The notes beneath the pieces are model-generated. The model saw nothing but the letters and a program-made list of their open reading frames with translations. It did no database searches and was not told the DNA's origin. Position numbers and translations under genes: made by a program. From positions 1,984,001 through 2,048,000 of the forward strand of contig CM035358.1 in the NCBI GenBank assembly GCA_020137815.1: DNA of 64,000 nt, read 5' to 3'. Positions 51,029 through 64,000 of the stretch are shown in pieces. This DNA is from Hormiphora californensis (Eukaryota; Animalia; Ctenophora). Positions within the stretch are counted from its first letter, which is position 1. Each line of letters opens with the position of its first letter.

Positions 51029-51915
51029 CACACAATGTACACTTTATTGTTTTTTTTTGTGAAATGAACATGTTCGAACACGGACAATCCTAGGCAAATG
51101 AGTTCTTGGAAATGCGATGTAAAGGTACATAGTGGATCGGTTTGTATTTGACGGTTTACCAATGCGAGTTGCAATTCTGAAGTGTCGAGAGAAACTAGAA
51201 TCAGAAGGGAACAAACTTGGTACTTTACCAAAACTCGAGAAAAGATAGCAGGAAACTAGAATGGAACAAAAGTGAATCTCTATTTATTTCTTGTTTGACT
51301 CATATCATTCTATTTGTGTATAATTCTTTCCTTTTTTCATTCCCAAAATTCTTGTTCTTCAATTCGAAACAGATCCAGATTAATTTGACCTTGGTTTCAA
51401 TATTTTTTTTCACAAGAAATATATTTCACCATTCACTGCTGCAGTACATCACACTGTGACAAGAATAAAAAGTAAACCTGTCTCTTCACTTTTTGGTTTA
51501 CCACGGGGTGGCTACATATCAAATGTGGATTGGGCCACATTTTATACCTTTTCCTGTTCAATACTTGTCACCCGCCATATATTGTGCTGCACTAAAAAAC
51601 TCTGTTTTGCCGCTCAGCAATCTTATCTCATTCCTATCTTTATTCTGAGTTGAATCTCTCCTTATTCTGAGTTAGATCTCTAATCTCTCCTTAATCTGAG
51701 TTCCCCGTGTGTGTTGTTGGCGGTAGTTTGTGTTTGATAAACGCAGGTCAGTTGCAAGCAATCAATCTGCAGAGAGTGGCCCAAAACAACAACAACATTT
51801 TACTGAGAGAGAGAGAGAGAGGATAGGAGAGAGAAGAGAGAGAGAGAGAGAGGAGGAGAGAGAGAGGACAGACCACGAAAGAGAAGAGAGAGAGAGAGAG
51901 TGAGAGAGGAGAGAG

Positions 51916-51975
<60 letters not shown>

Positions 51976-52195
51976 GAAGGATCCTGTTCAGTGTTAGATA
52001 TTAATTATGCATAAGGATAGACACGAGGGCCAGGGCGATCACGATCAAGTCCACAGCAGTGAATACACAATTTTAGTAGTAGAGGAAAGATAAAGGCCAG
52101 GGGTTGCTCGACCCTCTGACCTCTCTCACAACAATAATTGGGCTAGGGGTAAGTTTTAAAACACAGACACATTTCAAAACCCTCATGTTTCCCAG

Positions 52196-55100
52196 GAATC
52201 ACGTGAAAGAACAGCTGTCAGGATGGTACGATAAACTGCAGAAGCACAACATTCAAAACTACCTTGTTATCCACGCAATCTTCCAGGTAACAGACAGACA
52301 GACAGACAGACAGACAGATAGACATGAAATGACAGGGGGGGGGGGACATGTTAATTGTTAATAAATCACCTCTTTTTTCCGATTTTGTTAATTTACGTTA
52401 ATTAAACAAAATTAACAAAATTAACAAATGCTAAAATATTGGTGTTATCGGTTGATAATACGACTTTAACTGATTTAATTTTGTAGTTTAATTATGCCAA
52501 AAACTAACAGAAATTAGTTGGCTGGAAAGGTGACCACTTTTGTTGTCAAACTGACACCTTTGCCCTCTCCGGGTTATTTTCATCATTATACTTTCCCTCT
52601 TGATTACTACTCTCTGATTTTCTCTATCTCTTCTCTCTCTCTCTCTCTCTCTCTCGTTCCTCTCCTCTCTCTCCTCTCTTCACTCTCTTTCTCTCTCTTC
52701 CCAGTTCCTCTCTTTCCGTAACCCGGGCCGGGCAAAGGTGTCAGTTTGACAACAAAAGTGGTCACCTTCCAGCCAACTAATTTCTGTTAGTTTTTGGCAT
52801 TTAATTTAGGTATTTTTGGTATTTTCTGATTTAAAGTACGATGTAAGACATGTTCTGGACGGCAGAACTTGTAAAGACCGCCAGGAATACGAAAATTTGA
52901 ATTTTGACGTCATTGTGACGTATAGCGTGACGTCACGACGTTATAACGTCATGCTAGTGAAAAATTAGTATTAGCCTCATCTAGTAAAGATGCTGACCTA
53001 GTTTGAGATCGATTGGACAGATTTGAGGTCGCTATGGCGAAAAAACACACTATCGTCATATCTATTTTCATACAGTCTTAACACTTCAGACGCGATTTAA
53101 GACCCTGAAAATAGAGTTTCACAAATTCGCAATACAGTTTCTGAAAGTTTAGACGATTACCTTCGTAAGTGTGGTCTCCATTTTCAATCAGAAGCCGTCT
53201 CTCAATGTGTAAATGAGCTCAGAAATTTGGTTGATTTGAAAATGTCTTAACTTTATGACAGTATTTTAGGACGTTCTGGTTGCGACCTGAAGATGAAAAT
53301 CGCCAAAAACACAATTCAAACGATTATCTTTCGAATACAACAAACGAGAAGTGTCTATCTTATGTAGTCTTTCCAGAAAATTGTCTGCAAATTGTGTAAA
53401 AAAGCGTCTATATGTATGTATGTATGTATGTACATGGATATATAGACCAGGGACATTTATTGCTTTTTTCACCATGTCAGAACTCTGAAACTAAAAGAGA
53501 TAGAAACTTGCCCTTTTGAACTCCAGTAGATCTAGTCTACGTGACACTGTGTGTGTGTGTGTGTGTTCAGTACCTCCCGTCGTTCCACCCCATGCTGAGG
53601 TTATTGATGACCCTCAGCGGCCCGTTACTGACTCACTCCTTGCCAGATGACCCCCACACGCAGGGTCAGTCGGTATGATTCCACTTAGATTCACTGGTTT
53701 CCCAGCAGTCTCTTTATGGTACCGCAAAAGGAGCATGCGAGTCTGGTCGGATTTGGCACGGAGAAATCTTCCCGCAGACATGTGATGGGACTTACCGTCC
53801 AATTGGTTGGTCTTTGGTTACCACTGTCACGACAACATGTGGAAGTAGGTGATTTGCCGGATATCATGATATCCTATCAAGGGATTAAATGCTTATCTTT
53901 ACACCAAGGGTTGTAGTCTAAGCTAGCTAGTAATGTATTTCACAAGTACGACCCAAGGGTCGGTCAGGCGATGTTGCATCGCCGGGTGGCCAGGTGTATA
54001 GATAGTTGGTTGTAAAACAACGTTCATGGTTTCCCTGAGTGCATTTGACCAGTATCAGTTCACTCAGGGCTTCGCGTAATTAATGCGAGGGGTTCTCAGT
54101 GTATGGCTGTTTGCTATTTGAATAAGGGTACCATTGATTAAGTGTCCCAAACTTAATGGGCTTTTCCCTGACTACTACAGGGTCTTTCAGATTTGTAGGT
54201 TTGTCACTTGCCTAGTTTGGGGTGTGCGTGTCTGAGGCTCGTGTGATTTGTTGTAGGTGTGGGGATCACGCATGTGCGGAGCTTGGATAGTTCTGTTTAG
54301 TCTTTTTGTGATCTGTCATAATGTTGTATAGGGTCCTCGTGTTGTATTGGAACATGTTACAGTTGGTGAACCAGCTTTATGAATTTTTAGGTCAAGAGTC
54401 GATGTGTGGAGTAGATGTTGTGCTCGAGTTATTGTAATCTGTCTTGTGTCTTAGTTCGTCAGGTTTGGGCAGTGGAGTAGATTGCTCTGATGTTTCTTTC
54501 TTGTGCAGAGTTTGCATAGGGGCTTATTTTATTGTCCCTGTGTGCGAGAGAGCATCCTAGGTTGTTTTGGTTTGAGATTGCTAGTGTGAGGCTTCTTAGC
54601 GTGGGTTTGTTTGTTATTGTAAGTTTTGGGTAAACATTCAAGAGTTTTTTGGAGGATAGTGTGGTCCATGATTGTAGTTTGATTTTTCTAGGTCGTTTAG
54701 GGTTAATTTATCTGTGTGTTGTTTTAGTCGGTGTAGGATTGTGTCTCGTGAGTGGTAGGGGTTTTGGGCAGTTTTCGCTATTGTTTGTGCCTCTTTTGGC
54801 TAGTAGATCAGCTTTTTGTTGACTCTTCGATGCCTATGTGTGCTTTGACTTTGTTTAATGTCACTTTGTTGTTTTCTTGGAGTGACTGGATTTTTTGTTT
54901 TGTTGTTTCTAGATGTTTGGATCTTGTAGTGCTGCTGAGTAGGTTTGTTAGAGTGGTTTGGGAGTCAGAATAGAAGTTGATGTTCGCTTCTTTCGTGTTT
55001 GTCTCCAAGAGATGGGTGGTTGCTATCAGTATGGCCTGCATTTCAGCTTGGTTGATTGTGTTTTCTGGTGCCATTGTTTGGGTTAATGTTTTAACATCGG

Positions 55101-58100
55101 TTGAGTTGGAGAAATATATGGCAGCGCCTGCTCCTACCTTGGATGTGGAGTTCTCTGTCATTTTGGCACCGTCCGTAAGATGTTGATGTGGTAGGAGGTA
55201 TGCATATTTTTGTTGTGTTGTGATTTTTGTATTGTGGGGGCCATTGAGTCAATGTCTTGGTTGGGCAAATCTGGGTTAGGTGGTTTGTCATGTCTTTGGA
55301 TTGGGTCAATTTTGCCCTGTGTCCATGATTTGGGTCGGTTATCCATATGTTGTTAATTTTTAGGTGAATGTAGTTGTTCAATCTCTCTTTGTTGATGAGG
55401 AACGTTATGTTGTCTACCCCTGCTAACTTGGTTAGTAGTGCGGATTGGGTGTGTTTTTGCCCTCCGGTGATGCTTCTTGTTATGGTATTTTGTGTTTTCT
55501 GGAGGTTGTTCATGCTTTCTTTGTTTTTGAGGACTGTGTGTCCCCAGCTGCCTGCCAATATAGAAGATTTGGCATTAGGATTTGGTCGTGGATGTATCTT
55601 GCCGCGTTAGTTACTAAGTCCCCATATTTAGGTTTATAAGGTATTTTAGGGGTCGGGCTGCGGCTTTGACCTTTTCTGTTTTGTCTTTGATATGGGCTTT
55701 GTAGTTTAGTTTGTCGTCTAGGATTACTCCTAGGTACGGTGCGTACTTTTGGATTTGTAGAGTTTCTTCCCCCAGTGTTATTTCTTTTATGGTTGTTTTT
55801 TGGTGCGGGTTGTGGAATGCTATCACGTTGGTTTTTGCTGTGCTAAGTGATAGGCCTTGGTCGTTGACCCATTTTCTGATAAGGTTGATTTGTTCGGCTA
55901 GTATATCGTGCATAGTGGAGTTTAGATCTAGTCCGGTGATGATGATGACGATGTCATCTGCGTACAGGATAATGAGATCTAGATTGCATGCTGTGTATTT
56001 GATGGTATTCATGCATAGGTTCCATAGGAGGGGTGAGAGGATTCCCCCTTGGGGGGTACCCCTATGGATTTTGCAGACAATGTTTTCTCCATTTAGCTCG
56101 AGCATGATGCTGCGGTTTCTTAGTGCGTGGCTGATCCATTCGTAGATTTCGGGCGGGAGTTTTATTTTGTCGAGGCCGCGTTCGAGTGCTCTGAATGTAA
56201 CTTTGTCAAAAGCACCCTCGATATCGAGGAAGGCTCCTAGGGCATATTGTTTGTTTGCTAGTGCGTCTTCGATGCGGTTGGTAAGTGTATGTAGAGCTGT
56301 TATGGTTGATTTGCCTTTGCGGAAGCCGTGTTGGTTGTCGATAAGTTTTGTGTTGATTTTTAGGTCGTCTTGGAGGAAATTGAGGATGCCCCTTTCCATT
56401 AGTTTGTGGATGTTGGATGCTAGGCATATTATACGGTAGCTTTTGGGGCTTTTGTAGTCGGTCTTTCCTGGTTTTGCAATGATTATTCCTTTTGATGTTT
56501 GCCATAGCTTGGGTTTTAGTCTGGAGGATAGTGTTAGTAGCATAAACTGTCTTAGTTTGGGGGCGATGATATCCCAGGTGTCGATAAGCATTCCGTTTGT
56601 TATGTGGTCTAGGCCCGGGGCTTTTTTCCTTTTTAGTTGTTTGACTGCTTTCTTGAGGTGGTTATCAGTTAGTTGCTTTTCTAACGGGATTTTGAGTTTT
56701 TGTGCCTTTCTCTGTTCCCATTTTTGGTCTTTTGGTTCTGTTGGAGGGAAGTGGGTCTCTGCCAAGGCTTTTAGCATTATTTTGGGGTTGTCTGACTCGG
56801 TTGTTGGACTGGTTCTTATTGTTGTTAGTTTGTCTTTCCTTTTACTTCCTTGAAGTTTTTTGCTCACTGCTCCTACAGTGGTGAGGGTTGAGATCTCGGT
56901 TTTCCATCTGTCATCGTCGCATCTTTGGATTTCTTTCCCTAGTTCTCTTTTTAGGGATTGGAATTTTGTTTTTTGGATGTCGGTTTTTTTGGTACCTTTT
57001 AGGCATTTTAGTTCCTCTTTGATGGCTGTGGCTGCTGGTGACCAGGGCGTTGTGTTTATCTTATTGGTGTTCGTGGTGGGCGTGGAGTCATTGTACGATG
57101 ACGTGAGGGCTTTACATATCTCGTTATAAGATTTGTCGATTTGTATTTGGTTGGGGTTAGTTGGCAGGTTTATTGTTTCAAAGCGGTGTTCGGTTAGCTT
57201 TCTGAATTTCTGGGTGTCGGTGTTTTTTTCCAGTTTTACTAGATTGTTTTTGGTGGGTCCCAGGTCTAGCTTTGTGTGTAGTCTTTTGTGATCTGATAGG
57301 GTAGAATCCACCAGGGTCCAATTTTTGACTCTTTTGTGGGCTTCTTCGTTTGTGATTGTGAGGTCGATAAGCGATTTGCCTCGCGAGTTTTCGAAGGTGT
57401 GCTGGTTTGATGTGTTTTCGATGATGAGAAGTTCTTCCTCTAAGAAACATTGGAGAGATGTGCCTCTTGCGTTCGTGATTTTGTCTCCCCAGGATTTGTT
57501 TCGGGCATTGGAGTCTGTGCAGATTATCCAGGCGTGTTTGTGTTTGGCTACGTATTTGCTGGTTTCGATTAGTTTGGTTTCTGTATCTGGGTCAATTTGT
57601 TGAGCCCCTTTTGGAGATGAAAGGTAAGCCGAGGTAATAACTATTGCTTTGTTGTTGGTTGTTTTTAGTTTGACACTGACTAGTTCGACGTTGGATAGGG
57701 ATGCTAGTAAGTGCGCTTTTTGGGCTCTGGTTCTTCCCATAATGACGCATGCTTTGGGTTTTTGTCCCGCCACGGCGAAACAGTGCGTGTTTTTGGGGAC
57801 AAATTTTATGTTGGTGCTGTTGTTTTTGCCTGTGTAGGGTTCTTGAAGGGCGAGGATTGAGTTTTCGTTTAACAGAGTCATGGCTTTTTGGGTTGCTGCG
57901 ATTTCGGTGTGTAGGTTGTGTTGTATAATCTCGGTGAGGGTAGTGTTTTTACTTGTGTCGCGTTTCTTACGTTTTCGGTGGCCTTTGGTGATTGGTGGGG
58001 GTTTCGCGAGTGGTGGTGATACCTCGGGTGTGCCGGTGGTAGTCGGTCTACTGGCGGGGGTGCTGTGTGTGACTAGGTCACTAGTGGTGGTGTTAAATGT

Positions 58101-61100
58101 GGCTGGGTCGCTAACGGGGGTGCTGAGTGTGACTGGGTCACTGACGGGGGTGCTGTTTGTGGCTGGGTCACTAGCGGGGGTGCTGTGTGTGACTAGGTCA
58201 CTGGCTGGGGTGCTGTGTGTGACTAGGTCATTAGCGGGGGTGCTGTGAGTGTGTCAAGCGGGGGTGCTGTGTGTGTACGGTCACTAGGGGGGTGCTGTGT
58301 GTGACTAGGTCAATAGCGGGGGTGCTGTGTGTGACTAGGTCACTAGCGGGGGTGCTGTGTGTGACTAGGTCACTAGCGGTGGTGCTGTGTGTGACTGGGT
58401 CACTAGCGGGGGTGCTGTGTGTGACTAGGTCACTAGCGGGGGTGCTGTGTGTGACTAGGTCACTAGCGGGGGTGCTGTGTGTGACTAGGTCACTAGCGGG
58501 GGTGCCGTGTGTAACTGGGTTACTGGCGGGGGTGCCGTGTGAGATTAGATCTCTGGCTAGTGTATGGTCTGCGTTAGTGTCTGTAGTGTCGGGTCTGTCG
58601 GTGTTTGTATGGTCTGATAAGGACATGGCTAGAAAGATGTGGAAGATGTTAGTACAGAGGATAGGAGGATATTATGGCGGGGTGCCGTGGTAGTATACTG
58701 TTAGGGTAGGAAGGTATAGAAAAACACTTTTGAGTTTGAGATATTAAAAAGATTGAAATATGGTTGTAACATATAATCATACATCATTGATTAGGAATTT
58801 TTAATCGTTTCTACCACGCTGGCGATGGTGGCACGCTTTTTGGTTAGCGTGATTTTCTTTGTTTTGACCACGAAAAATGACCACAGCTCCGGTTTTTCAA
58901 GTAATGCTTCATTAATTTTATACCCTTCCGGGAGCCTTATATAGATCCGTATGCTCGTGTCCATTACCCGGGGTGGAATGAATGCTGAACACTTGGTGTT
59001 CTCACCTGTGATCTTGTCACGTACTATACCTTGTATTATCATGTCGATCTCACCCTTATCTTTCAGTAGGTCCATTGACAGGCTCTTGGTGATAGTGACT
59101 GTGAGGAAGTCGCATTCTGTTTCCAGTCTGGGCGGGGTTAGGGGGGGGGCGGTTAGTGGGAGGTTTTGGTTAGTGATCTGTGACCTTGAATTCATGTTTG
59201 GTTGTTAGTCGGGGGATTACAATTTGGGTTTGTGTGTCTTTACCTTGGGATGTACGTCAGCTCGTTTGGGATTTGTTCGTTTTTGAATACTGGTCCTCTC
59301 ACAAATATACATCGCTGGAGTTTGCTCTTGTGGAGAGAGGTTCCGGATAGCATGCATGGTCTGAGAAGAGTGCCTTGATAAGCACTTATGTCCTTATCTT
59401 GTAGGATGATCATCTCATGATGAAATAGTATCCCTCCTTGTATCGGGATGTCGGTCCTGGTTGGGGGAGGGAGTTAGTTTTTGGGGGGTGTGGTTGTGAG
59501 AGGAGGGGGGTACTATAGACTTTTTTTTGGGGGGGGGGGGGGGGAGAGTGAACTCCTCTCCACTGTGGGGTGGCTGTGTTTTTGAGGTTACCTTTCTTCT
59601 TTCTGTCTTTTCGCCCGGCGTTTTTCGGCCTCGGTCTGTTTGTCGTTGTTTGGTGATCTGGATCTCTTCTTCCCCCGGGGGGCCGATGTTGTCGGTTCCT
59701 CGTTGGGGGTTTTGTTCTCGGGTTTCTTTTTCTTGGCCGCTCGGGTTTCCATTCCTCGTTTACCGACCATGTTTGCTAGCTACTTTGGGGGTGGGTTGGG
59801 TTAGTTTTGGATTGGGGTGTGACCGTGGGGTCTAGAAACTTGGGATTGGGATTGCGCGCGCAGTTTGTTCGATCAGGGTTGGTCTTTCGTCCCCGTGGCG
59901 TTGTCGCGCGTTACGTTGTAAGTATTGGTGTGGTAGGTTATATTGTGACTGATCTGTTTTTTGGAACAGATAGGGTGTGGGGGTTATCTTTGTACCTGAG
60001 GAGGAATGGGTTAAGTTGTGGATTTATGTGTGGAATTTGGGCAGCGGTTCCCCAGGGGCGACCAGCCCCTACTTGGTTATTACTGGGTTTATCTCTGCCC
60101 TGTCATAAAGACAGCCATGGGCAAGAGAGCTGTTTTACAGGCGACAGCAGCCGGGTCGACGGGCCCTCAATGGGCCCTCAATGACGGGAGTCGGGTGACG
60201 TGACACTGTATACCAAATTTCAGACCGATTGGTGCAGTGGGGGCTTTGCTATGGGCGTCGCAAAATGCCATTTTTGGCTAAAAACTGAAAAAACTTATTA
60301 CTGCTTTCTGGCACGCGCGGCTGGGGGAGGTGGTGGTCACCTTTGCGCTTGCCAGCGCAGTGATAACTTATCTAACGCTTGTATACCCATGCAAGGCCTC
60401 CTCCGATAACCAAAGTCCAACATACAAGTTTTTTGGCTCCAAATCGATCAAAATTTAAAGAGTACGAATATTTCAATTTAGCGTGTAAAATGTCACTTGA
60501 ATGTAATTTTTTCATTGATAATCCATTCTTCAGACGAAAGAAAGTGATGTACAACGTTTCTGTTTGAAAAATACGAAAAAACTCCCAAAATTGCTTTTTT
60601 TGGTCAAAAATTGAAAATTTGCTTCGCTACAAATCCTTGTGTTTTTTTAGAAAAAATTATTTTTGGGATATTTTTCGATTGAAGGTAAATTTGAGTCTTA
60701 TTAAGTTTTTAAGGTTAGAAAATGTGGATTAGTGTCATTTGACCTCAATTGCGGTTCAGGTTGGCTAGTTTTTGTTCGAATTTACAAAATAGAACAAATC
60801 GTTGTGGGAAGGCTGTAGTAGACGGCTTGGGGGTATGCAAATCATGCAGAAGGAACATCTTTGTTCGCAGAACAACATGCAGCATGTGTAATACCAAAAA
60901 ACACGTGCTAAAGGGACTTTAGATGGTATAAATGGCATTTGTTAATGTTTGTTAACTTTTGTTAATTATGTTAATAAATCACCTGTTTTTTCGATGTTAA
61001 TATTAACAAAGTTAACAAAATTAACATGTCCCCCCCCCCCCCAAATGACAGATAGTCAAATATACAGACAGACAGACACGATTAAACAGACACACTGGGA

Positions 61101-63458
61101 CACGCAGCCGAAATGAGAGAAATTAACGGGAAATTAACACCATCCCCACCCAGGATCGATTGCCGCCTATTCTTCACAAATTCTCTGTTACCAAGACCTC
61201 TATGATGGAACGAATTAGGGGCGACTTTGGATCCCAGCGGGCAGATAGGACTTTCATGTTTAAAGCTGAATCTAGCTCCATCTCTACATCGCAGGTAGGA
61301 TGGAATCTTGTCGGGTGTTTTGACTCTGTTGTGCGAAAAGGTTTTAACATCCCCAATACCCATTTTACATCTTTGAGCGCCTCCTAGGCAAGTAGCGGAA
61401 TTACAGTTTTTGACATCCCTCCAACGCTAATCACCATCTCACTCCCTTCCCCTCTCTCTCTCTCTTTCTTTCTCTCTCCCCTCTCTCTTTCTCTCTCCCC
61501 ACTCTCCTTTATTTTTAACACTTCTATCATTATTTAGTCGTGGGTATCGGCAGTGGAGAAGATACGGACCTCCATTATTAAAAGTGTGACTCTAAACCTG
61601 GCAGCGATGGAGAAGAATGTTAACGTTATACGGGACAGTCATGAGGTGATTTATGGGCAGGAAGTTGGGGGAACGCGGGGGGGGGGTGTCGAGCAAGCAA
61701 GGGTAACAAGAGGTGATTCATTGTTCAGTGGTAGCAAGGTGGGTGAGCCAAATTGGGGTTACAGTAGAGAGGAGCGAGAGCGGGTTACTGCTTACTGTAG
61801 TGAGTATTGACTATTGTTCTGCGATTGAGTAAAATGATATCCTATATAGCTTTATCTGGACTGTATTTACAGGATGAGAACTTTGATCTGTACCAGTATA
61901 TATCAGCCAAGGAACAGCTATGCTCTCTATATGAACAGACAGGGCTGTACGAGGAGGCCTATAGGAGCAGTGAGGAGATATTATCTCTTTTCCGACAATA
62001 CGTCGCCTCAATACGACACTGTCAGGTAAACTTTTAGATACTAGTCCAATAGCAATCGATGGGCAACTAATGGGATTTTTTAGTTCAGTGTTCACACCAG
62101 GCCTTCAGCTCAGTGCAAGTTGGGCAGACGTACAGTAACATTGTGGAACGGGCCGTGGGCCTCCAATACCATATTGATTTGCACTTTGCAGTCGGCTGAA
62201 TTATGATAATATTGAAACATGATCTTTTCTCAATATACTTGAGCAGGCCGGCTGCTCCCTTCAGTTGTTTTGATTGCTTATCCCTGAGTTTTTAATTCTC
62301 ACAGGCTGTAATTGTACGATCACTTCTCTGTTAACAGATAGTTCCGTGGATAGAAGAGTTTCTGGAGGCTAAGATATCAACTTGGGATGGATTGTCGCTA
62401 GGTGATCCCGTTTCCATAACAACGCCCCACTCTCTCAACTCCCTACAGATGTGCTGCACAGTGTTTCGGAGGTGAGTGTAAAACAGATTTGGTCCTGTCT
62501 GACGGTTGTTTTGTTCAAACCCTTTTTATTTTTATTCCTTCGCCGTCGCGGGGCGCGAGGAAGGAGGGTCGAACAAGGCAATCTGACGGCACCGACCCGA
62601 TCTGAGCGCACTGTCGTTTTGAGAATCAAAACGGTGTCACATATCAATAGCTGAAGAAGTCAGACATAGATCAGTCGAATGCTCCTGTTCTTAATGGAAT
62701 ATTAGTACTGCAAAATCGTTGTTTCTCTTTAATTGTCACATATCAAGATTATTATTAGTTCCCCCTCCTCACATATCCCCCTCACTTCCTACCAGGATTG
62801 TTCAGCAGCTGACAGCGCTACAAAACCCCCGTGATTTAGCGAGGAAAGGACTACACTTTCTGTTACAGACGGTCCACGAATGCAGGACACTCAAGGTAAT
62901 AATTTGGTTACTTCTTCTTCTAAAGAGTGCATGGGTAGGGGAACCCACTAGGAACTATCGCGATGTGGCTTGCACTGTGAGTGTTCATGATAAGTGATCC
63001 CGAGGGGTGGTGATAACTTTGGTTAGGCTTTAGCATATATCCACTTGATCCACTAGGGTAGCAGCCTGAACCCCCATTGGTGGATGTAGTAGACAATTGT
63101 GACAAGTGAAACAAGGTTTTACAAAAGGATTTTGTAAAACCTTGTTTCACTTGTCACAATAGTTCAGCTCTCCGCATCCCCGGATCGAGCACTCTACCAG
63201 GATACAAACTTCTAAATCTAACTAGGGATGTAGTAGATAATTGTCTATAGTTTCATATCTACCTTTAAGCTAAGGGCCAAATGGACAAAAGTTTCACCAC
63301 CCATTGGGAACTTTTATCTGCATCACATTTACGCAGGTAACAATTATATCGTTCTTAGAATTCTTGAGATTCTTGAGGGTGTTTTAAATTCAAGAAGGAA
63401 GCACAAATCTTGAATTCCCTGCATTTTCTGGATAGCCCGGTAACTATCTCGTCGTCTC

Positions 63459-63526
<68 letters not shown>

Positions 63527-63533
63527 GTGAGAG

Positions 63534-63614
<81 letters not shown>

Positions 63615-64000
63615 CCATTTCTTCCTGACTAAATCGTCACACCTCTCTCCAGGTGCAAAATCCCTCTTTCTCTCTTTTTCTAATTCTCTCTCACTATCTC
63701 TTTCTCTCTATCTTCCTCTCTCTTCCCCCCCCCCCCCTCACCCTCCCTCTCCCAGGTGTCCTATCCTCGTGGCGCCCTGGTGATCTGGGTCTATCTGGGC
63801 TGTATGGACCTCCTAGATGCCGTGAAACATGCCTCTCAACAAAATAATATGGTAATTGTTCACCCTATCAGATCAATGCTCTAACAGAGTTTCCCCGCCG
63901 TTCTGGTTCTCATTTTGATGACTGATAGAGACACTAAAGAAAGTAATAAAGAGGTAATAGCAAATCAATACGTTCAGGATATATCTGAGGCGTTGGCGGT
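52196..64000 (+). CDS. TRAPPC10: Trafficking protein particle complex subunit 10 (partial, multi-exon)
   Basis: Exons at about 52196-52286 (VKEQLSGWYDKL), 61154-61294 (KTSMMERIRGDF), 61538-61645 (SWVSAVEKIR), 61873-62025 (KEQLCSLYEQTGLYEEA), 62338-62470 (STWDGLSL), 62796-62895 (LARKGLHFL) and 63756-63851 (PRGALVIWVYLGC). These are colinear with the TRAPPC10 N-terminal half as I recall it. Confidence 0.75.
52494..52800. mobile_element. MITE with TIRs of about 80 bp and a CT-microsatellite core
   Basis: ATGCCAAAAACTAACAGAAATTAGTTGGCTGG... is inverted at 52721-52800. Confidence 0.85.
54808..57881 (-). pseudogene. LINE ORF2 APE-RT-RNase H, frameshifted after the RT domain
   Basis: ALQEPY, TDSNAR, IDLT and SDH (APE); KAPGLD, QHGFR, LDIEGAFD, PQGGILSPLLWN and YADD (RT); TDG, QAEMQAI, YSDSQ and VKAHIG (RNase H), in shifted frames. 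Confidence 0.9.
58045..58545. repeat. 30-bp tandem repeat inside the LINE (minus-strand frame reads THSTPASDLV)
   Basis: About 16 units of CTAGCGGGGGTGCTGTGTGTGACTAGGTCA. Confidence 0.9.

Larger units (their letters stand above)
53551..60197 (-). mobile_element. Full-length RNase H-encoding LINE (R1/LOA/I group) with (CA)n tail
   Basis: 12-bp TSD ACGTGACACTGT at 53539-53550 and 60198-60209, (TG)n at 53551-53566, APE-RT-RNase H ORF2 and a fragmented ORF1 region at about 58700-59800. Confidence 0.9.
52336..61042. mobile_element. MULE-like non-autonomous element expanded to 8.7 kb by nested insertions, in a TRAPPC10 intron
   Basis: TIR (G)nACATGTTAATT / AATTAACATGT(C)n and 9-bp TSD AAATGACAG at 52327-52335 and 61043-61051. 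Confidence 0.85.

Noticed and set aside
55711-57837. Series of plus-strand ORFs over the LINE (also at 493-3978)
   Set aside because: Antisense shadows of RT ORFs with no independent motifs.

Overview
Eukaryotic, intron-rich and microsatellite-rich DNA, most likely from a ctenophore (Pleurobrachia-like; inferred from the recalled ctenophore spliced leader and a characteristic MITE). Host genes are an unknown minus-strand gene, SLC25A19, an RPL7L1/RLP7-like gene, an RNF17/Qin-like RING-Bbox-Tudor gene with an intronic tRNA-Pro, a rhodopsin-class GPCR, a class C GPCR and part of TRAPPC10. Mobile DNA is dense: two full-length LINEs, a deleted MULE, and many nested or palindromic MITEs with readable TIRs and TSDs. 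The main finding is an identical 41-nt sequence (TTTCAAACTTTTCAACACTACTTTAAACAAATTAATTTGAG), matching the ctenophore spliced leader as I recall it. It forms the exact 5' end of three otherwise dissimilar retroelements: one full CR1/L2-group LINE and two ORF1-only 'half-LINEs'. This suggests a retrotransposition cycle that uses SL trans-splicing and may not need an element-encoded promoter. Exon coordinates were read by eye, and several frameshifts are probably assembly indels.
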